A DNA stretch of 64,000 nucleotides from Candidatus Moraniibacteriota bacterium (GTDB lineage Bacteria > Patescibacteriota > Minisyncoccia > Moranbacterales > UBA1568), in the NCBI GenBank assembly GCA_037133435.1, contig JBAXOD010000003.1, forward strand, positions 9,502-73,501. The letters are read 5' to 3'. Below, piece after piece: positions 1-8,892 of this stretch. A program made the translations under genes and the position numbers. Positions within the stretch are counted from its first letter, which is position 1, and the number at the start of each line of letters is the position of its first letter. The notes below the pieces were generated by a model. It searched no databases. It saw only the letters and a list, made by a program, of their open reading frames with translations, and was not told the DNA's origin.

Positions 1-155
1 TTCTTGGCCGCGACGCTGTGGCTTTGGTTGCCGTTTTATATCCTGTTTCCGCTTGTCCGAAATTCCAAGGATAAGCTGAAGAAGCTGATGGGTTGGGCGT
101 AAGACTGAATCTAATACGCGACCGTGAACCGTTGCCGAGTCAGGGAATTGTCGCT

Positions 156-611
156 ATGCATGTATTCGCAAGAAAACCATGGTCGGCACTGGCACTCATC
201 TTGTGGATGAGTGTCATTTTCGCGTTTTCCTCGGTCCCGGGAGGAACGCCGAGCGCCGAGATGCCGCTCACGTACTTTTTGGAGCGGAAGGGAGCCCATG
301 TCTTCGAATATTTCGTCCTTTTGCTGCTCATTTATAACGTTCTCAGGGCGTACTCATCATATGACCATTTCGGCCTGAAACTGGCGCTTGCCGGTCCTCT
401 CTCGCTTCTCTATGCCTTCTCGGACGAGGTTCATCAGCTGGTCGTTCCCGGCCGCGAAGGCAAGCTCGCCGACGTCGGTATCGACGCGATCGGTATCGCA
501 CTTGGGCTGATCGTAATTGCTCTTATGTCCGAGAAGAAAAAAATAAAAAAACGAAAGACCACGAAAAAGAAAATGAACCCAAAGAAAGCCAAGGATCCTT
601 TGAAGAAGTAA
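156..611 (+). CDS. VanZ-like family membrane protein
   Basis: ORF track 93..611 begins at a TTG; a probable ATG start is at 156 (MHVFARKPW...). Hydrophobic segments plus FAFSSVPGG...RKGAHVFEYFVLL...YAFSDEVHQLVVPGREGKLADVGIDAIG match the VanZ family pattern. Lys-rich C-terminal tail. Confidence 0.6.
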   Translation: MHVFARKPWSALALILWMSVIFAFSSVPGGTPSAEMPLTYFLERKGAHVFEYFVLLLLIYNVLRAYSSYDHFGLKLALAGPLSLLYAFSDEVHQLVVPGREGKLADVGIDAIGIALGLIVIALMSEKKKIKKRKTTKKKMNPKKAKDPLKK

Positions 612-638
612 CCCTCGAAATCTGTTATCTGGTATTGA

Positions 639-2024
639 ATGAGTATGAGTGAACTGAGGATGTATGGACGAGCACAAATAGACCCTGTCGTCCCGAAAAA
701 ACCGATAGAAGAAACGCCTGTGGAAAAGCCGCAGGAAGCGGAGTTTGATATCGTTGATGCTCCGGAGCCGGAAGCAGCAGACCCGGCGGTATCGCCGGAC
801 GGGGATATTGCGAATCGGCGTGGCAACAAATGGGAGACCCGGAAGCGGACCATCGAGATCGAACTCGACGGTATCACGATTTCGCTCGAGGCTGAAACCT
901 ACGACTACGACTATCCCGAGAAGATCCAACAGGAGACCGGGATTTTGGGCTATGAGAGGACGAGGATATCGAATGAATCGATGTTTAATTTTTACAGACA
1001 ATATTATAAGGAACGACATGGGTTTAGTTTTGAAGAACATGGAATAACAGATCAGGCGGAAATGGAAAAATTTATAGCGCCCTTAATCGAAGACGCAAAT
1101 AAGATAGCAAAATCGGATTGGCAAATTACTATCTGCGAAAAGAAGATGACTGAAACAACAATTAAATCAAAAAAACGAGAATATGAAAAATTGATAAAAA
1201 ATGAAAAAGAAAAAAAATCTGAGCCTTTAACGAGAATAGATTTGGCCTTTAAAGACTCAAGCTTAAGAGATGAGAATCGTTATAAAATAAACATTCCTCA
1301 TATAAAAAAGTCTTCACTACTAGCACTATCAGGTGGTGAATATCCGGATCATTGCTATACTCATGTTTTAGGTGCATATGGTTACGAGCAAGAACATCAA
1401 AATGAGATGCTCAAGAATACATGGGAAGATCGCATATTTACCCAAAAAATATATGATCTTGAACGCATCAAAAAAAATGGCAATCTAATGATAAAGGAAG
1501 ACAATCCCAGGCATTCCCGTTTTTATTTATATAATAAGAAAACGGGGGAAAAATCAAGTGATGGTCTTCTTTTAAATGAAATGCTGCAAGAGCCATATCT
1601 GACAATGATTAAGAATGACGAGGTTTATGTGGAGGGGGCTATTTTTACGTACGCCAGTAGATTCTGGGGCTATAATTATGATAATTTTTCAGTAGGTTTC
1701 CCCGTGGAAATGGAACAGTTTCAGAGAGAATACTTATTGAAAGTAATGGAAAATGATTCTTGGGGAAAATATTTAGCGGAAGATATGCTTAATTTCGCGG
1801 AAGATTTTTTGTCGGGAGGTGAAGAATATAAAGAAGGTAATTTAGTGGTAGGGGGCCTTAGCGAAGCTCAATATCCTATTATCATTAATCATTCAGAAAT
1901 CCCTCAACTCGCTTGGGGTCATGCCAAATACGCGCACTATTCCAACGACAAGAGCTTCAACTTCTTCAAATTCCGCCACGCAGATCATTTGCCGGTACCC
2001 GCAAGCGCAAAGGCGGTGGAGTAG
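639..2024 (+). CDS. hypothetical protein (acidic Pro/Glu-rich N-terminus, AT-rich body)
   Basis: 461-aa ORF. The first ~100 codons are GC-rich; the rest (about 960-1900) is markedly AT-rich relative to the window. No recognisable family. Confidence 0.45.
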   Translation: MSMSELRMYGRAQIDPVVPKKPIEETPVEKPQEAEFDIVDAPEPEAADPAVSPDGDIANRRGNKWETRKRTIEIELDGITISLEAETYDYDYPEKIQQETGILGYERTRISNESMFNFYRQYYKERHGFSFEEHGITDQAEMEKFIAPLIEDANKIAKSDWQITICEKKMTETTIKSKKREYEKLIKNEKEKKSEPLTRIDLAFKDSSLRDENRYKINIPHIKKSSLLALSGGEYPDHCYTHVLGAYGYEQEHQNEMLKNTWEDRIFTQKIYDLERIKKNGNLMIKEDNPRHSRFYLYNKKTGEKSSDGLLLNEMLQEPYLTMIKNDEVYVEGAIFTYASRFWGYNYDNFSVGFPVEMEQFQREYLLKVMENDSWGKYLAEDMLNFAEDFLSGGEEYKEGNLVVGGLSEAQYPIIINHSEIPQLAWGHAKYAHYSNDKSFNFFKFRHADHLPVPASAKAVE

Positions 2025-2027
2025 GAT

Positions 2028-2425
2028 AGGTGTCTTTGCGAGGAATCTGCGACGAAGCAATCCAGTCACGTCGTTCGCGAACGACGGTGACCAGGGGGTT
2101 GGGTCGGGAGTAGGAAACTTGGATTGCCACGCCCCGAGAACGGGGCTCGCAAAGACAGAGGGAACAAGGCTGAGGAACCGGGACTGGATTGCCGCGGATG
2201 AGTACATCCTCGCAAAGACGACAGGAATGGAGACGGGAAAAGGGACGACAAGTATAGGGATCAGGAAATGGAAACTTGGATTGCCACGGGCGACTACGCC
2301 CTTGCAAAGACGGAGGGAGCCGGGAAGAATTGAAAAGCGAGGTCTGTCTTTGCGAGCGGAGCGAAGCAATTCAGGAATCGGAATACTTCTGGGCCGCCAC
2401 GGACTTCGCCGACTCGTCCTCGCGG
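2028..2425. repeat. cluster of at least 6 copies of a ~36-40 bp hairpin repeat, GGATTGC-(palindrome)-CTCGCAAAGACAGA, in both orientations
   Basis: Copies read at about 2030(-), 2110(+), 2185(+), 2277(+), 2343(-) and 2385(+, degenerate). Each has conserved ends GGATTGCC(A/G)CG ... CTCGCAAAGAC and an internal short palindrome that differs between copies (e.g. gccccgagaacggggc). Confidence 0.6.
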
Positions 2426-2447
2426 AGACGGACAAGGGAGAGGGCAG

Positions 2448-2480
2448 AAAAAAATCCTCCGATTACTCGGAGGATTTTTT
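2448..2480. terminator. bidirectional Rho-independent terminator between convergent genes
   Basis: aaaaaaa-TCCTCCG-attact-CGGAGGA-tttttt: a perfect 7-bp stem flanked by an A-run and a T-run, between the 639..2024 (+) ORF and rplT (-). Confidence 0.6.
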
Positions 2481-2509
2481 CTGACGAAGATATCAGGAGT
2501 GAAGCTGAA

Positions 2510-2860
2510 CTACAGGCTCTTGATTTTCTCGACGAGGGCCTTGAAGGCGTTCTCGTCGCGGACGGCGAGGTCGGAGAGGACCTTGCGGTCGAGTTCCACC
2601 TTCTTGGTCTTCAAGACGCCGATGAAGGCGCTATAGCTGATGTCGAAGGAACGGAGCGCGTTCCCGAGGCGGATGATCCAGAGTGAACGGAAGGTGCGCT
2701 TCTTGTTGTGGCGGTCGCGATACGCGTAGGCGCCAGCCTTCATGACGGCCTGCTTGGCGGCGGCATACTGTCGGCTGCGGCCCCAGCGGTAGCCCTTGGC
2801 CATCTGGAGGACGTTCTTTCGTCTTTTGCTTGCGGCGACGCCGCGCTTTACTCGGGTCAT
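2510..2860 (-). CDS. rplT: 50S ribosomal protein L20
   Basis: 116-aa protein [55 protein letters not shown]... is a canonical L20. It lies in the infC-rpmI-rplT order on the minus strand. Confidence 0.9.
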   Translation of the reverse strand: MTRVKRGVAASKRRKNVLQMAKGYRWGRSRQYAAAKQAVMKAGAYAYRDRHNKKRTFRSLWIIRLGNALRSFDISYSAFIGVLKTKKVELDRKVLSDLAVRDENAFKALVEKIKSL

Positions 2861-2939
2861 AGGATTGTCTGGATTTCCTGATTACGAAATATCGGTCAAT
2901 GGTACCCTGGATACGGTAGGAAGTCAACCGGGACCGCGT

Positions 2940-3137
2940 TTACGCGTACGGGAGGGCGCGCTTCACGTTCTGTTCTTCCTTCGCCACCGCGAATCCGACG
3001 TCGCGCCGCTTCGCATTGATTTCCGACCCGGAATAGCGGGAATTGTAGTGGTTCTGTCCTGTCGCGCGATGAATCAGTTTGCCGCTGCCGGTGACCTTGA
3101 TCTTCTTCACGACCGATTTCTTCGTTTTCTGCTTCAT
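2940..3137 (-). CDS. rpmI: 50S ribosomal protein L35
   Basis: 65-aa basic protein MKQKTKKSVVKKIKVTGSGKLIHRATGQNHY..., canonical L35, between infC and rplT. Confidence 0.85.
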   Translation of the reverse strand: MKQKTKKSVVKKIKVTGSGKLIHRATGQNHYNSRYSGSEINAKRRDVGFAVAKEEQNVKRALPYA

Positions 3138-3169
3138 ACGGTTGTCTTATGCTGATACGATGTTAGGCG

Positions 3170-3718
3170 TTATTCCGGGATGATGACCATGCTGATGCCG
3201 TTGCGCATTCCCTTGATCTCTTCCTCCACTTTGTAGGGGATGGCGAGGAGATCGAGGAATTCCTTCATGGATTCTTTCGCGCGGTCGCGCATCGCCTTCT
3301 CACGTCCGCGAAGGAGCAGTTCTATCCGTACCTTGTGGCCTTTTGAAAGGAATTTTTCCGCCTGATCCTTCTTGAAGAGGAGATCGTGCCTGTCGACGCG
3401 GAGTCCGATACGGATACCCTTGATGTCGATCTTTTTCTGGTTGCTCTTGGCCTGCTGTTCCTTCTTGGTCTGTTGGTATTGGAATTTCCCGTATTCGAGG
3501 ATCTTGCACACCGGGGGGACCGCCTGTGGTGAGACTTCGATGAGATCGAGTTCGTCCGCCCGTGCGATCTCCAGGGCCTGCGCGACGGACATCTCGCCGA
3601 GCGACTCGCCGTTTAAGCCTATCACGAAAATGACCGGCGCGGTGATTTGCTCGTTGTGCCGGAATTTCTGCTTGATCTGCGGCTTCGGTTTCGGCCTTCT
3701 GCTGCGTCTGCGTCTCAT
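3170..3718 (-). CDS. infC: translation initiation factor IF-3
   Basis: IF3 N- and C-domain motifs are present (VIGLNGESLGEMSVAQALEIARADELDLIEVSPQAVPPVCKILEYGKFQYQ ... IKGIRIGLRVDRHDLLFKKDQAEKFLSKGHKVRIELLLRGRE). It sits upstream of rpmI-rplT. Confidence 0.85.
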   Translation of the reverse strand: MRRRRSRRPKPKPQIKQKFRHNEQITAPVIFVIGLNGESLGEMSVAQALEIARADELDLIEVSPQAVPPVCKILEYGKFQYQQTKKEQQAKSNQKKIDIKGIRIGLRVDRHDLLFKKDQAEKFLSKGHKVRIELLLRGREKAMRDRAKESMKEFLDLLAIPYKVEEEIKGMRNGISMVIIPE

Positions 3719-3815
3719 ATGGTAGCGTCAGAAGCTTCGGAAGCTGCAAGAGCTTCAAGAGCTTAAATATATATTTCGCGTTACCGAAGTTTTTGAGGCT
3801 TCGGTACGCTTCCTG

Positions 3816-4210
3816 TGGAGTTGATGGGAATCGCACCCATGTCCAAACGGGTTTTTCCAGAACCGCCTACAAGCATAGTCAGCCTTTGGTTCCCCGGAAA
3901 GCGGAAAGGCGGACGGAAATCCTTCCGGGACCTCTTTTCATGCCGGGCCGACTGAGTGAATCGAGGTAAGACTCGTGTCGGTCCGCCTGATGGTATGACA
4001 CCGGATGACCCTTATCAGACATCGGGGGTCCGATGGCTCTCGCGAATTAGGCGAGGGCTGAAGCGAAAGACGGGGAGAACGCGTTAGCGAACGCCATCTT
4101 CACCTTTGATACGATGTTGGCAGTTATCGTGTGCGGGGATTTTTTACGATGATTCCCCATCATCGGCTTGCAGGTTCTGAATGAACGCGCTGTCGAAACT
4201 AAACAACCCC
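3816..4210 (-). ncRNA. ssrA: tmRNA (SsrA)
   Basis: The minus-strand 5' end reads GGGGUUGUUUAGUUUCGACAGCG (compare E. coli GGGGCUGAUUCUGGAUUCGACGGG). The 3' end reads AUGGG-UGCGAUU-CCCAU-CAACUCC-A (T-arm, then acceptor 3' strand pairing with the 5' GGGGUUG, then discriminator A; CCA is not encoded). An internal in-frame reading ...AFANAFSPSFASALA-UAA is a candidate tag. It lies immediately next to smpB. Confidence 0.65.
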
Positions 4211-4279
4211 CGCCCGCAACGCTTCGCCAGCTCGCCACGCTGCGCTTGCGCTGCTGGCGAGCGTAGCGATGCGGGCGGG
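4209..4279. repeat. long GC-rich hairpin of the CCCGCCCGCAACGCTTCGC...GCGATGCGGGCGGG family, just upstream of the tmRNA 5' end
   Basis: 14-bp arms cccgcccgcaacgc / gcgatgcgggcggg with one mismatch, enclosing a second nested palindrome. The same arms recur at about 48059 and, in degraded form, inside ileS, glyQS and atpA. Confidence 0.5.
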
Positions 4280-4342
4280 CCCCTTGCCTGTAAATGCTAC
4301 GAATAATCGTTGCAAACGGGCCTCGAAACATATTGGAAAGCG

Positions 4343-4603
4343 TTATGAACGGGGACTTTCTAAGTCGCTCAGCCTTCTTTTCAAATAGGCTCTTCCAAAA
4401 CCAGTTTTCAAATCCTTTTCTCTACTGATTGCATCCGTCAAATGATTTGATGCCTCGTAATAGAGTAATATAAACGGAACGCGATTCCTCGTCGATTGGA
4501 CTTTTCCAGCATTATGCTCCTCAAATCGCCGACTCAAATCATTTGTATGTCCGACATACAGTTTATTGTCCTTGAGACTCTTAAGTACATACACATAGTA
4601 CAT
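4343..4603 (-). CDS. GIY-YIG nuclease domain protein
   Basis: 86-aa protein MYYVYVLKSLKDNKLYVGHTNDLSRRFEEHN... contains GIY-YIG core motifs. Confidence 0.7.
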   Translation of the reverse strand: MYYVYVLKSLKDNKLYVGHTNDLSRRFEEHNAGKVQSTRNRVPFILLYYEASNHLTDAISREKDLKTGFGRAYLKRRLSDLESPRS

Positions 4604-4628
4604 ATAAGTACATACACATAGTACATAT
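4584..4628. repeat. tandem direct repeat, 2 x 22 bp (agtacatacacatagtacatat) with a 23-bp period
   Basis: Read directly in the AT-rich spacer between the GIY-YIG gene and smpB. Confidence 0.5.
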
Positions 4629-4648
4629 CTCTTGCGTCATTGACAATT

Positions 4649-5095
4649 TCACTTTTCACGCATCGCCCTGCCGATGTCTTTTCCGGCCTCGCGCTTCTTG
4701 ATCGCCTCCCGTTTATCGATCTGTTTTTTTCCTTTTCCTACCGCAAATTCAAGCTTCACGAGTCGGTTCTTAGTGTACACCCGAACGGGGACCAAAGTCA
4801 AGCCTTCGACGCGCGATTTTCCTATGAGTGAGCGGATTTCTGAACGGCGCAGGAGAAGCTTCCGCGAGCGGCGGTCTTCGTGACGCGTATCCTTGTGGGC
4901 GAGCGGATATGCGGAAATCAGGGAATTCATGAGAAAGAGCTCATTCCCGTGGGCGACCACGAAGCTTCCCTTGAGACTCATATGTCCGGCTTTGGCCGAT
5001 TTCACTTCCGCTCCGGTCAGTATCAAACCCGCCTCAAACCGGTCGGTGAGGGCGTAATCGAATGGAGCGCGTCTGTTTACGGAGAGTGTTTTCAT
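4649..5095 (-). CDS. smpB: SsrA-binding protein SmpB
   Basis: 148-aa protein ...NRRAPFDYALTDRFEAGLILTGAEVKSAKAGHMSLKGSFV... matches SmpB. Adjacent to the tmRNA gene. Confidence 0.85.
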   Translation of the reverse strand: MKTLSVNRRAPFDYALTDRFEAGLILTGAEVKSAKAGHMSLKGSFVVAHGNELFLMNSLISAYPLAHKDTRHEDRRSRKLLLRRSEIRSLIGKSRVEGLTLVPVRVYTKNRLVKLEFAVGKGKKQIDKREAIKKREAGKDIGRAMREK

Positions 5096-5183
5096 GGCTT
5101 CACTCTACCGCGATACGGCTGCGTCGACAAGGTTGGGAGATATAAAAAAGGACACCTTGGTGTCCTTTGTCGTCGTTCCGGCT

Positions 5184-5366
5184 CTATTGGGCTATATACA
5201 TATTATTTCTGCGTGTTTCTAAAACGGGATCGGTTACAAATTTTTGTTCATCGTTCTCTTGTGGAACGTGCCCCTCTTTCTTTTGGGTTCCGTATTTGAT
5301 TTTATATATTTCCGCGACACGCTCGGCGGCTGACTTTCCTTTGACAGGGTTCTTTTCTTGAGTCAT
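5184..5366 (-). CDS. small Lys-rich hypothetical protein
   Basis: 60-aa ORF in an AT-rich spacer. No family recognised; it could be spurious. Confidence 0.25.
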   Translation of the reverse strand: MTQEKNPVKGKSAAERVAEIYKIKYGTQKKEGHVPQENDEQKFVTDPVLETRRNNMYIAQ

Positions 5367-5485
5367 TGCTCATCCCTCCGGATAATTGAAATGTTAACGA
5401 AATTCTTTCGACCTTGATTTTTTATCATAAATGGAAAGAGAGCGCAAGTCTTCACGATGAAGGCATTTTCCCGTAGGATGGGAAT

Positions 5486-7099
5486 ATGAAGACTCAATGG
5501 GAGGAACACATCGGGACTGCGATAGCGGAGCTGCAAGGGGAAGGCCGGCTTCCTGTTTTTGACGTGCCCAAGATCAGCGTCGAGTGGACCCGGGACGAGC
5601 GGTTCGGGGAATATGCCAGCAATGCGGCGCTCGCGCTCGCGAAGCTCGCGAAAAAATCGCCGATGGAACTCGCGAAACTTATCGCCGACAAGCTTGAATC
5701 GGCTGCGGACGGACATATCGAGGTCGCCGCGCCGGGATATATCAATATCACGCTTTCGCAGTCGGCACTTTCCGCCGTCGTGGAGGAGATTCTCGAGCGT
5801 GGCGGGAAATATGGCGACAGCGGTATCGGCGAAGGGGTGTCGGTGAACAATGAATTCGTTTCCGCGAATCCGACGGGACCGATGCATCTTGGGAACGGGC
5901 GGGGAGGGTTCTTCGGCGACGCGCTTTCGAACATCCTGCGCAAGACGGGATATACGGTCATCAGTGAATTCTACGTCAACGACGCCGGTGGACAGGTGAT
6001 GAAGCTCGGGCACAGCGTTTTGCGCGATGAGCAGGCGGTATATGAAGGGGAGTACATCGATGAGATACGGGAGCGGTTCGATATCGGCGATGAGTCCGCG
6101 GCAGACGATGCACGCGTGCGCGAGGTCGGGACGATGGCCGCGGACTTCGTTCTTGCGGAATATATCCGAAAGACGCTCGAGGAAAAGATGCATATCACGT
6201 ACGATTCCTTCATTTCGGAGCGTACGGACATCGTCGGCAAGGGATTCGCGGATCGGGCGATCTCGATACTTCGCGATAAGGGGCTGACGTATGAGCAGGA
6301 CGGAGCGCTCTTTCTTCGCACGACGGATTTCGGGGACGACAAGGATCGGGTGCTGATCAAATCCGACGGGAACCGTTCCTATTTCGCTTCGGATTGCGGT
6401 AACTTCCTCTCCAAGCTGGATCGTGGCGCGACCCGTCTCATTTTGGAGCTCGGTGCGGACCATCACGGATATGTCCCGCGCATCAATGCCGCGGCGCGTG
6501 CGCTCGGTTTCGAAGGTCGTTTCGATATCTATCTGCATCAGCTGGTACGGCTCGTGAAGGACGGCAAGGAAGTGCGCATGTCGAAGCGCGCGGGGAACGT
6601 GGTGACGATCGACGAACTCGTCGACCTGGTCGGGCACGACGTCGCACGGTTTTTCTTCCTCATGTTGTCGCTCGATACGCACATGAATTTCGACCTTGGG
6701 CTCGCAGAGGAGCGGTCGGAAAAGAACCCGGTGTATTACGTACAGTATGCGCATGCGCGGCTTTCCAGCATCCTGCGAAAGGCAGAGGAAAGCGGTTTTT
6801 CGGCGGAAGGCGCGGATTTGTCGCTTCTGGTCAACCTGAAGGAGCGAGGATTGTTTCGTGAACTTTTGCTGTTTCCCGAATTGTGCGTCGAGGTGGCGGA
6901 TACGGGCGCGGTACACAAGCTTCCGCAGTACGCGATCCGGCTTGCCGACCGACTCCATTCCTTTTATGCCGATTGCCGCGTGATCGACGAGGGAAATCGG
7001 GAGCTGTCCGTGGCACGGCTCGCGTTGGTTACGGCTATCCGGACCGTTCTCGCCGAGACGTTGCGGCTGATCGGCATCGAGCCGCTTGAAAAGATGTGA
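5486..7099 (+). CDS. argS: arginyl-tRNA synthetase
   Basis: Class I HIGH-type motif (PTGPMHLGNGRGG), ...SEFYVNDAGGQ..., and the DALR anticodon-binding region (NPVYYVQYAHARLSSILRKA). 537 aa. Confidence 0.9.
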   Translation: MKTQWEEHIGTAIAELQGEGRLPVFDVPKISVEWTRDERFGEYASNAALALAKLAKKSPMELAKLIADKLESAADGHIEVAAPGYINITLSQSALSAVVEEILERGGKYGDSGIGEGVSVNNEFVSANPTGPMHLGNGRGGFFGDALSNILRKTGYTVISEFYVNDAGGQVMKLGHSVLRDEQAVYEGEYIDEIRERFDIGDESAADDARVREVGTMAADFVLAEYIRKTLEEKMHITYDSFISERTDIVGKGFADRAISILRDKGLTYEQDGALFLRTTDFGDDKDRVLIKSDGNRSYFASDCGNFLSKLDRGATRLILELGADHHGYVPRINAAARALGFEGRFDIYLHQLVRLVKDGKEVRMSKRAGNVVTIDELVDLVGHDVARFFFLMLSLDTHMNFDLGLAEERSEKNPVYYVQYAHARLSSILRKAEESGFSAEGADLSLLVNLKERGLFRELLLFPELCVEVADTGAVHKLPQYAIRLADRLHSFYADCRVIDEGNRELSVARLALVTAIRTVLAETLRLIGIEPLEKM

Positions 7100-7374
7100 T
7101 AATCGTGATACAATGGTGGGGTAGTTTTCTGAGAACCGGTGATTCTTTCCGACTATGAAACAAACGCCAAGAGGAAAAGATGAGAAAGCATTCCTTTTCG
7201 CCGCGAAGGTGACCCTTTCGATCGTCGCAACACTGATCATCGCCGCCGGAATCGACGTATCTTCTTCCGTACATGGGGCGAAGCACTTCTTCGGGGAAGT
7301 GGCGCATGCGGCACGTGTATCATATTGAATAGCAGAGAGCATAATCGAGATTTTTACCCTGACTGTTTGCCATT

Positions 7375-7986
7375 ATGGGACAAGCGACAGTCTTTTTTCT
7401 TATACGGCACGGGGAAGCTGAATCGAATACCCGACGCATCTTGGATTCGTTTCCCGGAAATCCCGCTTTCGGTCTGACTGAGAACGGCCGACAGCGGGTA
7501 GCGCTCTCTGCGGCCGCCATGGCAGCTGAGGGAATAGACGTTATTTTTTCGTCTCCGATGAGACGGACACGCGATACGGCGGAAATCATTTCGGAAGCAT
7601 GCGGCGGTATGTCGATACGGTTCGACGAACGACTGCGGGAATCTGATAATGGCATATGGAATGGGAGGTCTCTCGATGAGTTCAGGGAAAGACACCCTGA
7701 TTGGTCATCAAATATAGACGGTGATGTCGAGGAGGGGACCGAAGGTTATCCAGCCATGCGGGAACGAATGGTCGAAGTAGTCCAAAACGCGCTTCGTGAA
7801 TTTGTCGGTTGTCGGATCGCTATCGTTTCGCACGGAGACCCTCTTGTGCAACTTCACGGCGCTCTGCTCGGTGAAACTGTCATGGAGAGTATAAGCGAAG
7901 AGAATTGGTATCCCGAGACGGGATCGGCGACCCGGATCGAGATGGATTCCGATGCCGTGTCACGCCTGTTGTCTGGGAACGGATAG
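7375..7986 (+). CDS. histidine phosphatase family protein (phosphoglycerate mutase-like)
   Basis: RHGE catalytic motif (FLIRHGEAESN) and downstream ...SSPMRRTRDTAE...SHGD pattern. Confidence 0.65.
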   Translation: MGQATVFFLIRHGEAESNTRRILDSFPGNPAFGLTENGRQRVALSAAAMAAEGIDVIFSSPMRRTRDTAEIISEACGGMSIRFDERLRESDNGIWNGRSLDEFRERHPDWSSNIDGDVEEGTEGYPAMRERMVEVVQNALREFVGCRIAIVSHGDPLVQLHGALLGETVMESISEENWYPETGSATRIEMDSDAVSRLLSGNG

Positions 7987-8003
7987 CGCTATACTGGGGA
8001 TAT

Positions 8004-8483
8004 ATGAGGGAAGATCATCGTGAAACCATCGAAGTACATGTGGCAGGTATCTGTCTGCGGGAAACGGAGGCCGGTATATTGGTATTGATCGCGAAACGCC
8101 GCGAGAACCGGACGCTCTATCCCGGTCTCTGGGAATGCGGCGGCGGGCAAGTGCGTGCCGGCGAGAATTTTGATGAGGCGATCGCCCGGCAGATGCAAGA
8201 GGAATTCGGGATCCATATCGGTGAAGCGACCCCGTTCTCGACCTATGAGATCGCCGTACCGGATCTGCCGCAGACGAAGATCCCCGGTCTCGAATTCGTG
8301 TGTTCCTTCAAGGGGTATACGAAGAATCAGTCCGATCCGGTATGCGATATCCGGGAGCATTCCGAATGCCGATGGCAATCGATCGATGATTTATCGGGAT
8401 TTGACTTTATTCCCGGAATACGGGATGATATTCGTGATGGGTGGGAAATATATTCCCGGAATCGGGATATTCTCATGCGGTAG
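8004..8483 (+). CDS. NUDIX hydrolase
   Basis: Nudix box GGGQVRAGENFDEAIARQMQEEFG. The ORF track start (7905, overlapping the upstream gene) is replaced by an internal ATG at about 8004. Confidence 0.65.
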   Translation: MREDHRETIEVHVAGICLRETEAGILVLIAKRRENRTLYPGLWECGGGQVRAGENFDEAIARQMQEEFGIHIGEATPFSTYEIAVPDLPQTKIPGLEFVCSFKGYTKNQSDPVCDIREHSECRWQSIDDLSGFDFIPGIRDDIRDGWEIYSRNRDILMR

Positions 8484-8892
8484 GAGCGTACAATACAACC
8501 GGCGTCAATGGGGCCCAGTCCGCAATGCTATGGCGTTGCAGACGGATATCACCTCTGAGCTGGCCTCATGAGAGGCAGGCGCGCCTCGGAAAGAAACGTT
8601 ATGTATGGCTGATAGTCAGCCTTCGCAAATGCATCTTATGAGGGCGGTCCGCCTTCGCAAATGCTTCGGCATGACGCTGTAGAATCCGACGGGTAGGCCC
8701 GTAATAGCCGCAATGAAGGCAAGTGCTTCCCCATTTGGTTTTTGTGAATTGGGGTTTGTGTTTTGCGAAGTGAAGGTGGTACCACGGTTTTTCCGTCCTT
8801 CCCTGTTTTTCGGGGAGGGATTTTTGTTTATAATGAGAAATGGGGTGAAATGGGTGTAAAGGGGGGAATATCGAGCGGAATACGCATTCATT

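Noticed and set aside
2028-2425. Possible CRISPR array (many similar ~36-bp hairpin repeats)
   Set aside because: The repeats occur in both orientations and have irregular spacing. Their internal cores vary while the ends are conserved. There are no uniform spacers and no cas genes. It is a REP-like dispersed repeat cluster, not a CRISPR.
3730-4340. tmRNA on the plus strand, or RNase P RNA, in the infC-upstream gap
   Set aside because: Acceptor/T-arm and UUCGAC motifs are found only on the minus strand. No RNase P P4 motifs (GGAAAGUCCGGGC / ACAGAAACCCGGCUUA) are present.
7156-7329. 58-aa small hydrophobic ORF between argS and the histidine phosphatase gene
   Set aside because: Below the length threshold and with no support beyond hydrophobicity. 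It could be real but is not demonstrable.
5363-7342. 659-aa minus-strand ORF antisense to argS; similar long antisense ORFs over ileS (9661..10746), atpD (37102..38391), the P-type ATPase, leuS and the DGR target
   Set aside because: The plus-strand genes have unambiguous conserved motifs. The antisense ORFs are Arg/Pro-rich, low-complexity, and the kind of stop-codon-free antisense frames expected in GC-rich DNA.
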